Source: Deinococcota bacterium
Lineage (GTDB): Bacteria; Deinococcota; Deinococci; Deinococcales; Thermaceae
Direction of reading: 5' to 3'
Length of the DNA stretch: 64,000 nt
NCBI GenBank assembly: GCA_041695225.1
Contig: JBGFRI010000014.1
Span: forward strand, 1 to 64,000
The translations under genes were made by a program, and so were the position numbers. Of the stretch, positions 53,613 through 64,000 are shown piece after piece; position 1 is the first letter of the stretch; each line of letters starts with the position of its first letter. A model generated the notes under the pieces. The model saw nothing but the letters and a program-made list of their open reading frames with translations. It searched no databases and was not told where the DNA came from.

Positions 53613-53725
53613 TGTCACCATCTTATCCAGAATTTGAAGGAAAGGACCGGGACAATGGGCAGACCAGCAGGGCCTATGCCAGAAAAAGCAGTTTCGTGGA
53701 CTACAACATAGTGAAAAGAATACCT

Positions 53726-53972
53726 GTCATTGCATGGAGGCCACAGGCCCCCCATCATTGCGCGGAGGCCCCCAGGCCGATGAAGCAATCCAGGAGAGCC
53801 AAAAGTGCCCTGGCTGCCGAGGTGATCTGGATTGCTTCCCCTTCGACAGGCTCAGGGTCGCAATGACGAAAATGTACGTTCCTGTCGTCACTGCGAGGAG
53901 GCCACAGGCCGACAAAGCAATCCAGGACGACGTAAATGCAACTCGACCGACGCGATGCTCTGGATTGCTTCA
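53726..53972 (+). repeat. Palindromic REP-like cluster
   Basis: gtcattgc..ggaggccacaggcc..aagcaatcca / tggattgctt..gcaatgac units repeated. Confidence 0.82.
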
Positions 53973-54131
53973 CGCCCGGAGCCTGCCCCGAGCCTAGCGC
54001 CCTACATCATCGAGGAGGGTGCTTGCCATGAAAAAAAATCCCTTCCTGCCATCACTTGCGCCACACAACACAGTTGCTCAAATCCCGCGGTCTCTATTTA
54101 TGGTTTCGCTCACGGCTGTTATACTGCTTAG

Positions 54132-55649
<1,518 letters not shown>

Positions 55650-55820
55650 ACCCGCCTCCTCCGCATGTCTTCGCATAAATAAGTCTATGCGACACGAGGT
55701 CTGCGCCCGCATGGTCTCCCTTTTGTTGGGCTTCAAAACGGGTGCGAGCTGCTACAGCGTGTTGCGACTTCCCCACAAGCTCAGGGCCAGACCCAAGGTC
55801 GCGGGGCCACATATTTGAAA

Positions 55821-55894
55821 GAATGTCACAAGTCTCAGGTCTCGGGTCAAAAGCTTTTTGTCAAGCGACCTGCGAGTTTTGACCTGCGACCTTC
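55821..55894. repeat. Inverted heptamer array
   Basis: gaatgtc acaagtc tcaggtc tcgggtc ... gacctgc gagtttt gacctgc gaccttc. Confidence 0.88.
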
Positions 55895-55930
55895 CAGTAT
55901 GGCAGAGGCGCCAAAGAATCGAGTGCGGCC

Positions 55931-56407
55931 TCAAACCTCGGCGGTCTGGGCGCCGCTTTTGGCGATGAGCCCCTGATTCTTTAGTTCTCGTAGCCAGTCC
56001 CGTATCCTAGCAGCAATCTGATCGCGCACCCTGCGGAAGGTCTCGAGCTTTTGCTCGCCCGTGCCCCGGACCGCACTGGGGTCTTCGAAGGGCCAGTACA
56101 AACGGATGGTACTGAAAGGGAACAAGGGGCAGTCCTGCTCGGCCCGGTCACACACCACTATCAGATAGGTAAAGTGATGTTTGCCGCCCCAGTACTCCAA
56201 CAAACTCTTGGCGAACTGGCCCTCCATATCCAGGCCTATCTCCGACAGTACCTGACGGGTGAAGGGGTTAATTTGGCTGGGGTGCAGACCAGCGCTGTAC
56301 ACATCAAAGTAACTACCAGCGTAGTGGCGCAGCAGGGCCTCGGCCATCTGGCTGCGGGCCGAGTTGTGACTGCACAAAAACAGTACCGAGGGTTTGCGTC
56401 TTCTCAC
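55931..56407 (-). CDS. arsC: Arsenate reductase (LMW-PTP fold)
   Basis: CSHNSARSQMAE, VCD...CP and FEDP motifs. Confidence 0.88.
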   Translation of the reverse strand: MRRRKPSVLFLCSHNSARSQMAEALLRHYAGSYFDVYSAGLHPSQINPFTRQVLSEIGLDMEGQFAKSLLEYWGGKHHFTYLIVVCDRAEQDCPLFPFSTIRLYWPFEDPSAVRGTGEQKLETFRRVRDQIAARIRDWLRELKNQGLIAKSGAQTAEV

Positions 56408-56886
56408 CCAGAACCTCCATCCTGATGCGATTCGATCAGCCCTGCGGCTTTGGCCAGAAAAGCCTCGCTGGGCAGATGTTCTTGCTTAAGTTGAGTGATC
56501 AGATACTCGCTCATCCGGCCCAGGCCATCCCGCACCCGGCGCCACTTTTCCAGCCCCTGACCCGAGGGGTCGGGGAAGGAAATATGCAGCTTCTGGGTCT
56601 TGGCGGGGTATACCGGGCAGTTTTCGGCGGCAGTATCACACACTGTGAGCACCAGATCAAAGTTCCAGGGGTCGGGCAGGTCGTAGAGGGTTTTGGAGGT
56701 GTGGCTTTTCAGGTCAAGGCCCACTTCCTGCATGACCGTAATGGCATCGGGTTTTACGAAGGTTTTCTCGGTGCCCGCCGACCAGATCTCGGCGGGAAAG
56801 TCCAGCTTTTCGGCCCAGTAGCGAAGCCAGGCCTCACCCATCTGGCTGCGGGCCGAGTTATGGGTGCAGAGCACCAGCATACGCAC
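56404..56886 (-). CDS. arsC: Arsenate reductase, second paralogue
   Basis: CTHNSARSQM, VCD...CP and FPDP motifs. Confidence 0.88.
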   Translation of the reverse strand: MRMLVLCTHNSARSQMGEAWLRYWAEKLDFPAEIWSAGTEKTFVKPDAITVMQEVGLDLKSHTSKTLYDLPDPWNFDLVLTVCDTAAENCPVYPAKTQKLHISFPDPSGQGLEKWRRVRDGLGRMSEYLITQLKQEHLPSEAFLAKAAGLIESHQDGGSG

Positions 56887-56992
56887 CTGGTAAAAATATC
56901 AGCGCATCTTCATGGCAGTGTCAGGAGGGTGTCAGATCGGCTCCGCCAGCAAACGGGGCAAGGTAAAATGCCGAGAGTCGTGGGAAAGGCGA

Positions 56993-58240
56993 TCAGGATC
57001 GCAGCAAAGTGGCCTTTGGCCGGGCCAGCCATATCGCCAAGGCCGAAATAGCAGCCAGCGCAGCAAAAAGCCAGAGTACCAGGTTGTAGTCACCAGACAG
57101 TGCGTGCAATGAGCCTGCCCCAAAAGGAGCGATGGTCTGGGCGACAGTGATCACAGAAGTCATACTGCCGCTGATACTGCCAAAGTGTTTGGGGCCATAG
57201 GCTGCTGAAATCAAGGCCGGTTTAGCCAGGGAGATGGCGCCGTTGGCCAGACCAAAAAAGAGCACAAAGGCCCATAGCCCGGTACCAACCGGCAAAAACA
57301 CCAGGCTCAGCAGACCCAGCGTGTAGCAAGCCATAAAGGCGGCACTGAGGTGAAATAGCGAGACCCTTTCACTAAATGGCGTGTAGATGACCCGGCCCAC
57401 CAACTGCATCACACCCACCCCTCCGGCAGCCACTGCTACCAGGGCTGGGGCGTAACCTTTCTCCGAAAGTATGGGCACCATGTGGAGCGTAAGGGCGATG
57501 CTGGTTGCTCTGGAGAGGGCAAACCCCAGCGAGAGCCACCAGAAAGCAGGCTGGCTTAGGGCCTCTTTTGCAGTGGCGCCGGGTTCGGGAGTGGGAGGGC
57601 GGCTGGGACGGGCTTCAAGAGGTTCGCCATCCGGCTCCTGGCCCAGGTCCTGGGGGCGGCGACGCAGAATCAGGGCATGCAGTGGAATGGTGCTCAGGGC
57701 AAAGATTAGCGCAAGAATTTCCAGGGCTTCCCGCCAGCCGGCGGCCTGCACCAGCCAGGTGCAAAGTGGTACAAAAATAGTGCTGGCCAGCCCTGCCATT
57801 AGCGTAACAACCAGCATGGCCCTGGGGCGGTAGCGACGGAACCAGACCGCCAGCACCCCGAAAGCCACCTCGTAGAGCACCATCGCCATGACTAATCCCA
57901 GGCCCGCCCAGAGCAGGTAAAACACCGTCAGGCTCTGGACATGGGCCCAGCCCCAGACCAGCAGGGCGCCCCAGACCGAGCCGGTGGTCATGAGAGCCCT
58001 GGCCCCATGCCGGTCAAACCAGCGCCCCACCGGAATGGCCGCCAGGCCCGAGACCAGCAGGGCCAGCGAGAAAGCCGCCGAGGTCTCGGCCCGGCTCCAG
58101 CCAAGCTCGGCCTCCATCGGCTTTACAAAGACTCCAAAAGCATAATAGAGCACCCCATAGCCAACGGTCTGGGTGAGGGCCAGCGCCCAGGCAATACGCC
58201 AGCCATGATAGGAAGCTGAAGAGCGAAGGGGGCGGGCCAT
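56993..58240 (-). CDS. MFS transporter, probable arsenical efflux
   Basis: Multi-TM MFS with GYGVLYYAF and AGLASTIF; located in the ars cluster. Confidence 0.8.
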   Translation of the reverse strand: MARPLRSSASYHGWRIAWALALTQTVGYGVLYYAFGVFVKPMEAELGWSRAETSAAFSLALLVSGLAAIPVGRWFDRHGARALMTTGSVWGALLVWGWAHVQSLTVFYLLWAGLGLVMAMVLYEVAFGVLAVWFRRYRPRAMLVVTLMAGLASTIFVPLCTWLVQAAGWREALEILALIFALSTIPLHALILRRRPQDLGQEPDGEPLEARPSRPPTPEPGATAKEALSQPAFWWLSLGFALSRATSIALTLHMVPILSEKGYAPALVAVAAGGVGVMQLVGRVIYTPFSERVSLFHLSAAFMACYTLGLLSLVFLPVGTGLWAFVLFFGLANGAISLAKPALISAAYGPKHFGSISGSMTSVITVAQTIAPFGAGSLHALSGDYNLVLWLFAALAAISALAIWLARPKATLLRS

Positions 58241-58294
58241 GGGCTGGCTAGGGCATCGGAAATCAAAAATTGTTTTTGAGCGGGCGGTCCTGGC

Positions 58295-58726
58295 TCATAG
58301 TTTGAGGGTCATAGCGGTGGCGGTGTCGGGGCAGGCGCCTTTAAACTCGTCCGAATCATTCAGGGCAGCGGGCAGTTCCGAGCGCTGGACTTGCACAAAA
58401 CCAAAGCGGGGAAAGTAGTCGGGGGCGGTCTCGGTAAGGAGTGAAAGTGAGGTCAGGTTTTTGTTTTGGGCCAGCTCGATCACTCCCTCGGTCAGCCTGA
58501 GCCCAATTCCGTGGTTACGATAGCCCTGCTCTACCGCAACAGAACGCAGTAAACCGCGGTCCTGATGCACTTCCAGGCCCGCACACCCTACCACCTTTTC
58601 GCCTTCGAGGGCCAGCATGAAGTTCAGAATGTGCTCCTCGAGGCCCACTACCGGCAGATGGGCGACATCCAACAGCGCCCTCACTCCGGGTAGATCGCCA
58701 GAAGTAGCGGTGCGGTAGGTAATCAT
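58295..58726 (-). CDS. Arsenic-resistance N-acetyltransferase (ArsN2-like GNAT)
   Basis: GLLRSVAV, LLTETA.DYF..FGF and EF..ACP..A..M motifs. Confidence 0.85.
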   Translation of the reverse strand: MITYRTATSGDLPGVRALLDVAHLPVVGLEEHILNFMLALEGEKVVGCAGLEVHQDRGLLRSVAVEQGYRNHGIGLRLTEGVIELAQNKNLTSLSLLTETAPDYFPRFGFVQVQRSELPAALNDSDEFKGACPDTATAMTLKL

Positions 58727-58761
58727 GCTCTCCTTATAATGCAACTTGACTTGGGCGCATC

Positions 58762-59250
58762 TTAACAGCAACGAGCAGTAGCTGGGGCTGCCATCTCCGG
58801 CTCGAGCGGAGCACAACAGCCTGCTGCAACGGCCCGGTCATGGGCCTTGCAGGTCACGCCCGGGGGGGTCAGGCGCACCACCAGATGGTCGCCCTCGAGG
58901 GCAGTCTGGCCCACCCGGTAGCGCAGGGCGGGAAGCCCCGCACTGCCGTACTCGAAGCGGATTTCCGCGTCTGGCCGCACCGGCACCGAGGCCACAACCC
59001 TGTGGTAGATGCTGAGGAACTTCTGCACCGTCATGAACTCCGGCCGGTCCTGGGGGCCGGGCCCCATAAGCTGCACCACGGTCTCGCGCCAGAAGTTGGC
59101 CTGCCCACCGCAGTCCATGCTTTCGTAGGTGACGTTCATTATCTCGGTGACGTGGTAGCCGGGCGCGACTTGCTGGCCATGGGCATACTCGAAGACCAGC
59201 AGCTTGCTCGGGTGTTGGGCCAGGCTCTTTAGCAGTTGCTTTGTTTGCAT
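58762..59250 (-). CDS. DUF6428-like protein with Cys-rich tail
   Basis: GYHVTEI, DCGG, W.ETVVQL; CC...CC tail. Confidence 0.75.
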   Translation of the reverse strand: MQTKQLLKSLAQHPSKLLVFEYAHGQQVAPGYHVTEIMNVTYESMDCGGQANFWRETVVQLMGPGPQDRPEFMTVQKFLSIYHRVVASVPVRPDAEIRFEYGSAGLPALRYRVGQTALEGDHLVVRLTPPGVTCKAHDRAVAAGCCAPLEPEMAAPATARCC

Positions 59251-59275
59251 ACACTCCTCCCGGCAGGACGTAAAC

Positions 59276-59620
59276 CTACCCGCCGATGGCGGACAAAAAA
59301 GCTCTAATTTGCGCGAAACCCCTGGGGTCGGTCTGGTAGTACATCCATTTGCCACGTTTTTCGCCCCTGACCAGATGGGCCGAGGTCAGATGCTTCATGT
59401 GGTGCGATACGGTGGGCTGGGAAAGCCCGGTCACGGCCTCGAGGTCGCAGGCGCACACCCCAGGTTCGGGGCCGCAGCACGCACCATCTGGGCTGTGGGC
59501 CAGGTGGGCCAGAATCCTGAGCCGGGCCGGGTCGGAGAGGGCCTTAAAGACCCGGGCGGCAGCCTCGAGGGCATTTTCTTCAACGATGCTGGGGTCAGAT
59601 TGCAGCACACTGGGGGTCAT
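59276..59620 (-). CDS. arsR: ArsR/SmtB repressor
   Basis: FKALSDPARLRIL, CC....VCACD and SQPTVSHH motifs. Confidence 0.9.
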   Translation of the reverse strand: MTPSVLQSDPSIVEENALEAAARVFKALSDPARLRILAHLAHSPDGACCGPEPGVCACDLEAVTGLSQPTVSHHMKHLTSAHLVRGEKRGKWMYYQTDPRGFAQIRAFLSAIGG

Positions 59621-59792
59621 GCCTCCACAATACATTGATACATCTAAATCTGTCAATGCAATGGGTTGGGAACCAGGCGGGCCAACTGGTCTATCCCCCC
59701 AAGTTCTGGCCCGATCCCACAAGGTTCGCCTGGATTGAGTCCGCATACCCAAGGCAGCCGGTGAATCCTTTGCGCTCGGCGGGTATTAGCAG

Positions 59793-60023
59793 TCAGTCCT
59801 TGAACAGGCTGTCAAAGGCCCGGTGGCTGCCATCCTTGCGCCTTAGGCGGAAGAGGTCGTTTTTCAGCTCGAGGTGGCCTTCCTGGAGTAGAGCCTCGAG
59901 GGCCTGCCGAAGCTCGTCTTTGGACAGGCTTTCGCCTTCCTCGTCCAGCCAGCGCACAATCTCCTTTTCGCTGGCAAAACGCAAACTCTCGATGGCTTTT
60001 AGAACCCAGCCCCGGGTGTCCAT
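59793..60023 (-). CDS. Small conserved hypothetical protein (winged-helix-like)
   Basis: MDTRGWVL... ORF with typical codon usage; TATATT just upstream. Confidence 0.65.
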   Translation of the reverse strand: MDTRGWVLKAIESLRFASEKEIVRWLDEEGESLSKDELRQALEALLQEGHLELKNDLFRLRRKDGSHRAFDSLFKD

Positions 60024-60126
60024 ACCTGAATATACCTTGGTGCATACCGGCCAGATCATTAGAAAGACTCCCAGTCGTTGGAGGGTAATCTTCCATTACT
60101 GACTGGCCATGTAGCACAATATAGGT

Positions 60127-60624
60127 GTGGACCCCTTCCGGGAGTACCAGGACTATGTAATGGCCCACCGGCTGCGGGTGGCCCTGGACTTTTATCCCGG
60201 TAAGCTCTACTCCCTGCCCGAATATGCAACCTTGCGCCTGCGGCGCAGCGAGCTGGTGCGCAAGCTGGTGGGTCGTCGGGGCGACCCTGCTTTGCTTTCA
60301 CGCATCGAACAGCTTACCGAGGACCTCAACTATGGGTTCTGGTTGAACCCTGGCAGTCTTAGGGCTTTTCTAATGCGGCTATCCCCCGCCCAGCCTCCGG
60401 TACTGGTCAGTCCCGAGGGCTTCGAGACCCTGCTTTCCAGAGCCGAAAAACTACGCCTGAGAGCACCAGGGCTGGTTGGGCGGTATTATCTGGGCTGGCT
60501 ATACCTGCCTGCCCCGATGGAGGGACCGCTGCTCTTTCAACAAGCCATGCGAGAGCAGGAAAACCTGGCCGAGCAACTGGGGCTGTTTCTGGACCAGTTT
60601 CACAAGGTCGCGGGCTCGGGGTAA
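60127..60624 (+). CDS. Hypothetical protein
   Basis: 165-aa ORF, divergent from the previous gene. Confidence 0.7.
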   Translation: MDPFREYQDYVMAHRLRVALDFYPGKLYSLPEYATLRLRRSELVRKLVGRRGDPALLSRIEQLTEDLNYGFWLNPGSLRAFLMRLSPAQPPVLVSPEGFETLLSRAEKLRLRAPGLVGRYYLGWLYLPAPMEGPLLFQQAMREQENLAEQLGLFLDQFHKVAGSG

Positions 60625-60976
60625 GCAGCCAACAGGGCATAGCCGACCTCGAGCTCAACCCCTACTAGCCCCAGAGCCATACTGGAAAGTGTGCGGGTGA
60701 ATGTCTGTAGCGAGTGGCCGGGATGTCACATGCCTACTAACCTGAGTGTATGGCCTATGGTCGAGAGCCGGAACCCCTGACTACTGGCGTATGACCCTGA
60801 TTGGCTTCTTCGATGCCAGACAGGATGCTTTTTGCACACCAACCCTTGACCTTTAACCGATTTTGTACGCAGCAAGTGAACTGCACAACCCGGGCACTGA
60901 ACCACAAAAACGCGAGCCCTAGCAATTCTCGCAGGACTTACGAATGTCCTCGTGAATCTGTTCTATCCTATAGGAC

Positions 60977-61657
60977 ATGACCCTGATTGCCTCCTTTTTG
61001 GCCGGGACTCTATCGTTTCTCTCGCCTTGCGTACTGCCGCTGGTGCCGACTTATCTGCTTTATCTAAGCGGCGAGCGAGGCCGCCCTTTGTTCAATGCCT
61101 TCTTTTTTGTGGGGGGGTTCTCGCTAATCTTTTTGCTACTGGGTCTGCCTTTTACCATTCTGGGCAGTATGCTTTTTGAATACCGGCATCTGTTGGGTCA
61201 GGTTGGCGGGGTGGTTTTGGTGTTGTTTGGCCTGTATATGCTGGGTCTGAGGCCAAACTGGGGAGTAAACCTGCGCTACCAGGGAGATGCCAGCCGCCCC
61301 TGGGGTGCGTTCACGCTGGGCATGTTTATGGCGGTAGGCTGGACTCCGTGTATTGGTCCAATCCTGGGCGGTATCCTGACCATGACGGCGGCAGGTGGTG
61401 GGGCGAACTTTCTGGTTGCTTACATCCTGGGTCTGGCCATTCCATTTCTGCTAATAGCCTTGTTTGCCGACCGCGCACGCCCAGCCTTGCGAAAGATGGC
61501 TCGTTTCTCGCAGTGGGCGGGGGTCTTGGCGGGGGTGGCCTTGATCACGGTGGGGATTTTGATGTTCACCGGCACCTTTGCCCAGATCAACAGCTTCTTT
61601 ATAGGGCTGACCCCAGAGTGGCTGCTCGACCTCGAGCGCGAACTGCTAGGCCAGTAA
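60977..61657 (+). CDS. ccdA: Cytochrome c biogenesis protein
   Basis: SFLSPCVLPLVP and GWTPCIGPIL motifs. Confidence 0.93.
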   Translation: MTLIASFLAGTLSFLSPCVLPLVPTYLLYLSGERGRPLFNAFFFVGGFSLIFLLLGLPFTILGSMLFEYRHLLGQVGGVVLVLFGLYMLGLRPNWGVNLRYQGDASRPWGAFTLGMFMAVGWTPCIGPILGGILTMTAAGGGANFLVAYILGLAIPFLLIALFADRARPALRKMARFSQWAGVLAGVALITVGILMFTGTFAQINSFFIGLTPEWLLDLERELLGQ

Positions 61658-61667
61658 TCAGATTTCT

Positions 61668-62255
61668 ATGACCAACAACATGCTAATTCAAGCGGCAGAT
61701 CTGGCCAAGCGCTACGGGCGAGACTGGGTGCTGCGCAGCCTGGACTTCCGCCTGGCAACGAACGAGACCGTGGCTCTGGTCGGCCCCAATGGCGTGGGCA
61801 AGACCACCTTGCTGCGGGTCCTGGCCGGGCTGGTGCGCCCTACCCGGGGTTCGATTAAGCTCGATGGCACAGTGGGTTTTCTTAGCAATCCACCCGCTTT
61901 TCACCGTCACTTTACCGGAGTTGAGAACCTGCACTACGCCCTACGCATGGACGGGAAGCCGGACGACGGCCCAACGATTCGTGAAGCCCTACAGCAGGTC
62001 GGGCTTCCTCTGGACAAGCCAGTGCTGGGCTATAGCAGCGGCATGAAAAAGCGTCTGGCCATGGCCCGCCTGCGCCTGCAAAACCCCGATATCTGGTTGC
62101 TGGACGAACCCGAAGCAGCTCTCGATACCCAGGGAAGGGTTTTGCTGGAAAGCCTGGTGGATCACGCCAGGGCTTCTGGTGGGGTGGTGATCGCTACCCA
62201 CGACAAAAGCTGGCTGACCCTGGTAGACCGGGTAGTAGAGCTGAGGCCAGCATAA
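61668..62255 (+). CDS. ccmA: ABC ATPase, CcmA-like
   Basis: GPNGVGKTT, YSSGMKKR and LLDEP motifs; follows ccdA. Confidence 0.75.
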   Translation: MTNNMLIQAADLAKRYGRDWVLRSLDFRLATNETVALVGPNGVGKTTLLRVLAGLVRPTRGSIKLDGTVGFLSNPPAFHRHFTGVENLHYALRMDGKPDDGPTIREALQQVGLPLDKPVLGYSSGMKKRLAMARLRLQNPDIWLLDEPEAALDTQGRVLLESLVDHARASGGVVIATHDKSWLTLVDRVVELRPA

Positions 62256-62259
62256 CTAA

Positions 62260-62357
62260 ACAGTCGAAGGTCACAGGTCAAAAGTCAGTCGCAGGTCGCA
62301 AGTCAAAAGCTACCGGCTATGGGCTATTGGCTATCGGCTATCAGCTATGGGCTGTGG
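62260..62357. repeat. Inverted heptamer array
   Basis: gaaggtc acaggtc aaaagtc ... ggctatg ggctatt ggctatc ggctatc agctatg. Confidence 0.88.
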
Positions 62358-62386
62358 TAAGAGTGCGATAAGAGCTGAATAAACAG

Positions 62387-62410
62387 CAGGGGCGCATGAA
62401 TGCGCCCCTG
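62387..62410 (-). terminator. Intrinsic terminator downstream of nrfA
   Basis: caggggcgca-tgaa-tgcgcccctg, a 10-bp stem with a T-rich tail on the minus strand. Confidence 0.7.
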
Positions 62411-62448
62411 AGCATTTGTGAACGGCGGAAAGTTTTGAGTCTAGCAGA

Positions 62449-63876
62449 CTACTGCCCCGCTGCTTTGGCGGCGGCCTCGGCCTTGTGGGCCGAGAGGATC
62501 CCTTTCCGGGCCTCGTTCATGGCTTCGGCCAGGATGCGGGCCGACTCCTGGGGAGCATGGAAGCCCCGCGAGTTTTCGTTGAAAATCCAGTCTACCTTGA
62601 ACTGCGAGGAGCGGTGCAGGGTGCGGGCTTCGTTGAGGGCTTCGTCGGTAGCGCCGGCCTGGTGCGCACTTTCGATAGCTGCGATTAATTCAACCACTGC
62701 ATCCTTGGCTTTCTTCTCGAGTGCGGCGGTGCGGGTCTGGATAGTCACTACCCGCCGCTTCAGTTCGTCTTCAGCGACATTGTGGCAGGTCTGGCAGCTC
62801 TGCCTGATGTTTAGTAATGGGCTACGGGCATGGTGGTTGGTGATCTTGACGGCGCCAACACGCTCAAAGGGCATGTGGCAGTCGGCGCAGGCCACGTTGG
62901 CATGGGGGCCCTGGGACCACAGCTCGAACTCGGGGTGCTGCACCTTCATCTGGCCCGAGCCAGCACGGGGGTGGGTCCAGTCTCTCCAGCCGTAGTTGTC
63001 GTAGTGCTGAAGCTGCTGCTCTACCTTAAGACCCTCGGACCAGGGGAAGATCAGGGTGCGAACCGGCGGCCGGTCGAAGTAGTACTCCACATGGCACTGT
63101 GCGCAGATCATCGAGCGCATCTCGTGCCGGCTGGCAAGGCGGTTGGCATCGTAGGGCACCCGGCGATCTCCAGCCCGCCAGCGCTCGATGCTGGGCAGGT
63201 GGGGTACGGGGTCGTCGGAATTAGCCAGCTTGACCAGGCCGTCTTTGAGCGATGGGCGGGTAATCCGCAGACGCATGGTCTGGGGCTCGTGGCAGTCAAT
63301 GCAGGCAAGGGGGTTACGCACCAGGGTGTCGGCCTCGGCCCAGGGCATGGCATTGATGGCGTCGAAGCCTTTGCGCAGGGCTTCCTCGGTGTGAATCTTT
63401 TCGACAGGCAGGCCGGCCTGTACTGCGGCAATCCGGTAAGCCTCCACTACACTGGAGTGACAGTGCAGACAGGAGCCCGGCTGCGCACGCTCTTGTACCC
63501 GCCGGGTCTGGCGCTGGTCGAATAGAAACCAGTGGTGGCCGCGATCCTCGCGGAAACTCAGCTCAAAAGGAAAGCCCTGCCACATAATGCGCAGTTGCGG
63601 GTATTTGTCGAGCTTCTCGTAGGGCACATTCCCGCCAAAGGGGGTCTCCACACCATACTCTTCGGTACGCATGAAGGTGTCGTACTGTAAGGGGAAGTTC
63701 CTCCCCCAGACCGAGGACTCGTAGGTATCCTCGGTGATCTCAACCACCCGGAAGGCCACCTCCCGCGCCTCGGCCTGCCTCTGGGCCACATTCTGCAGCA
63801 AGGCCAGTATGCCAAAGGTTCCCAGTGCAGCCAGAACCGCGACTGCAGCGCCAATCCATATCCATCGTTTGTTCAT
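62449..63876 (-). CDS. nrfA: Pentaheme ammonia-forming cytochrome c nitrite reductase
   Basis: RGH, five CxxCH, CAQCHVEYY, KVQHPEFE and ENSRGFHAP motifs. Confidence 0.93.
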   Translation of the reverse strand: MNKRWIWIGAAVAVLAALGTFGILALLQNVAQRQAEAREVAFRVVEITEDTYESSVWGRNFPLQYDTFMRTEEYGVETPFGGNVPYEKLDKYPQLRIMWQGFPFELSFREDRGHHWFLFDQRQTRRVQERAQPGSCLHCHSSVVEAYRIAAVQAGLPVEKIHTEEALRKGFDAINAMPWAEADTLVRNPLACIDCHEPQTMRLRITRPSLKDGLVKLANSDDPVPHLPSIERWRAGDRRVPYDANRLASRHEMRSMICAQCHVEYYFDRPPVRTLIFPWSEGLKVEQQLQHYDNYGWRDWTHPRAGSGQMKVQHPEFELWSQGPHANVACADCHMPFERVGAVKITNHHARSPLLNIRQSCQTCHNVAEDELKRRVVTIQTRTAALEKKAKDAVVELIAAIESAHQAGATDEALNEARTLHRSSQFKVDWIFNENSRGFHAPQESARILAEAMNEARKGILSAHKAEAAAKAAGQ

Positions 63877-63888
63877 AGATCAACCCCC

Positions 63889-64000
63889 TTACTGCCCGTG
63901 TCCCACATCTAGATGGCAGTGCAAGCAGCTAATGCCACTTCTTTTGCCCGCTGGAAGACTGGCGTGCGCACCAGCGCCGGTGCGGGCGTGCACAATGCCA
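63889..64000 (-). CDS. nrfH: Cytochrome c nitrite reductase small subunit, C-terminal end
   Basis: ...ISCLHCHLDVGHGQ* directly upstream of nrfA. Confidence 0.8.
   Translation of the reverse strand, partial: GIVHARTGAGAHASLPAGKRSGISCLHCHLDVGHGQ

Overview
GC-rich bacterial chromosome segment, most likely Meiothermus (Deinococcota, Thermaceae), judged from gene content and protein style. It is mostly housekeeping and metabolic genes: birA-bioY, aroQ, an acyl-CoA carboxylase, csaB, paaABCD, coaD, rsmD, topA, rpoD, tsaB, proC, pxpA plus a PxpB-PxpC fusion with a TRAP transporter, era, rdgB, guaB, an arsenic cluster, ccdA/ccmA and nrfHA. Accessory items are a type III restriction subunit tail, a VapBC-like pair and one IS1595-family element. 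The unusual content is non-coding. (1) Twelve arrays of degenerate 7-mers, mostly in inverted arms, are dispersed through the window. One array brackets a four-helix-bundle gene and supplies its start and stop codons, and two lie in frame inside paaB and topA. (2) An orphan RNA at 17818-17960 (minus strand) resembles the IscB omega-RNA/HEARO scaffold but has no nuclease gene. (3) A 39-nt covarying structured motif occurs four times, each time in sense orientation upstream of a gene. (4) Several further palindromic repeat families are present. All calls come from reading the sequence by eye; no database search was run.
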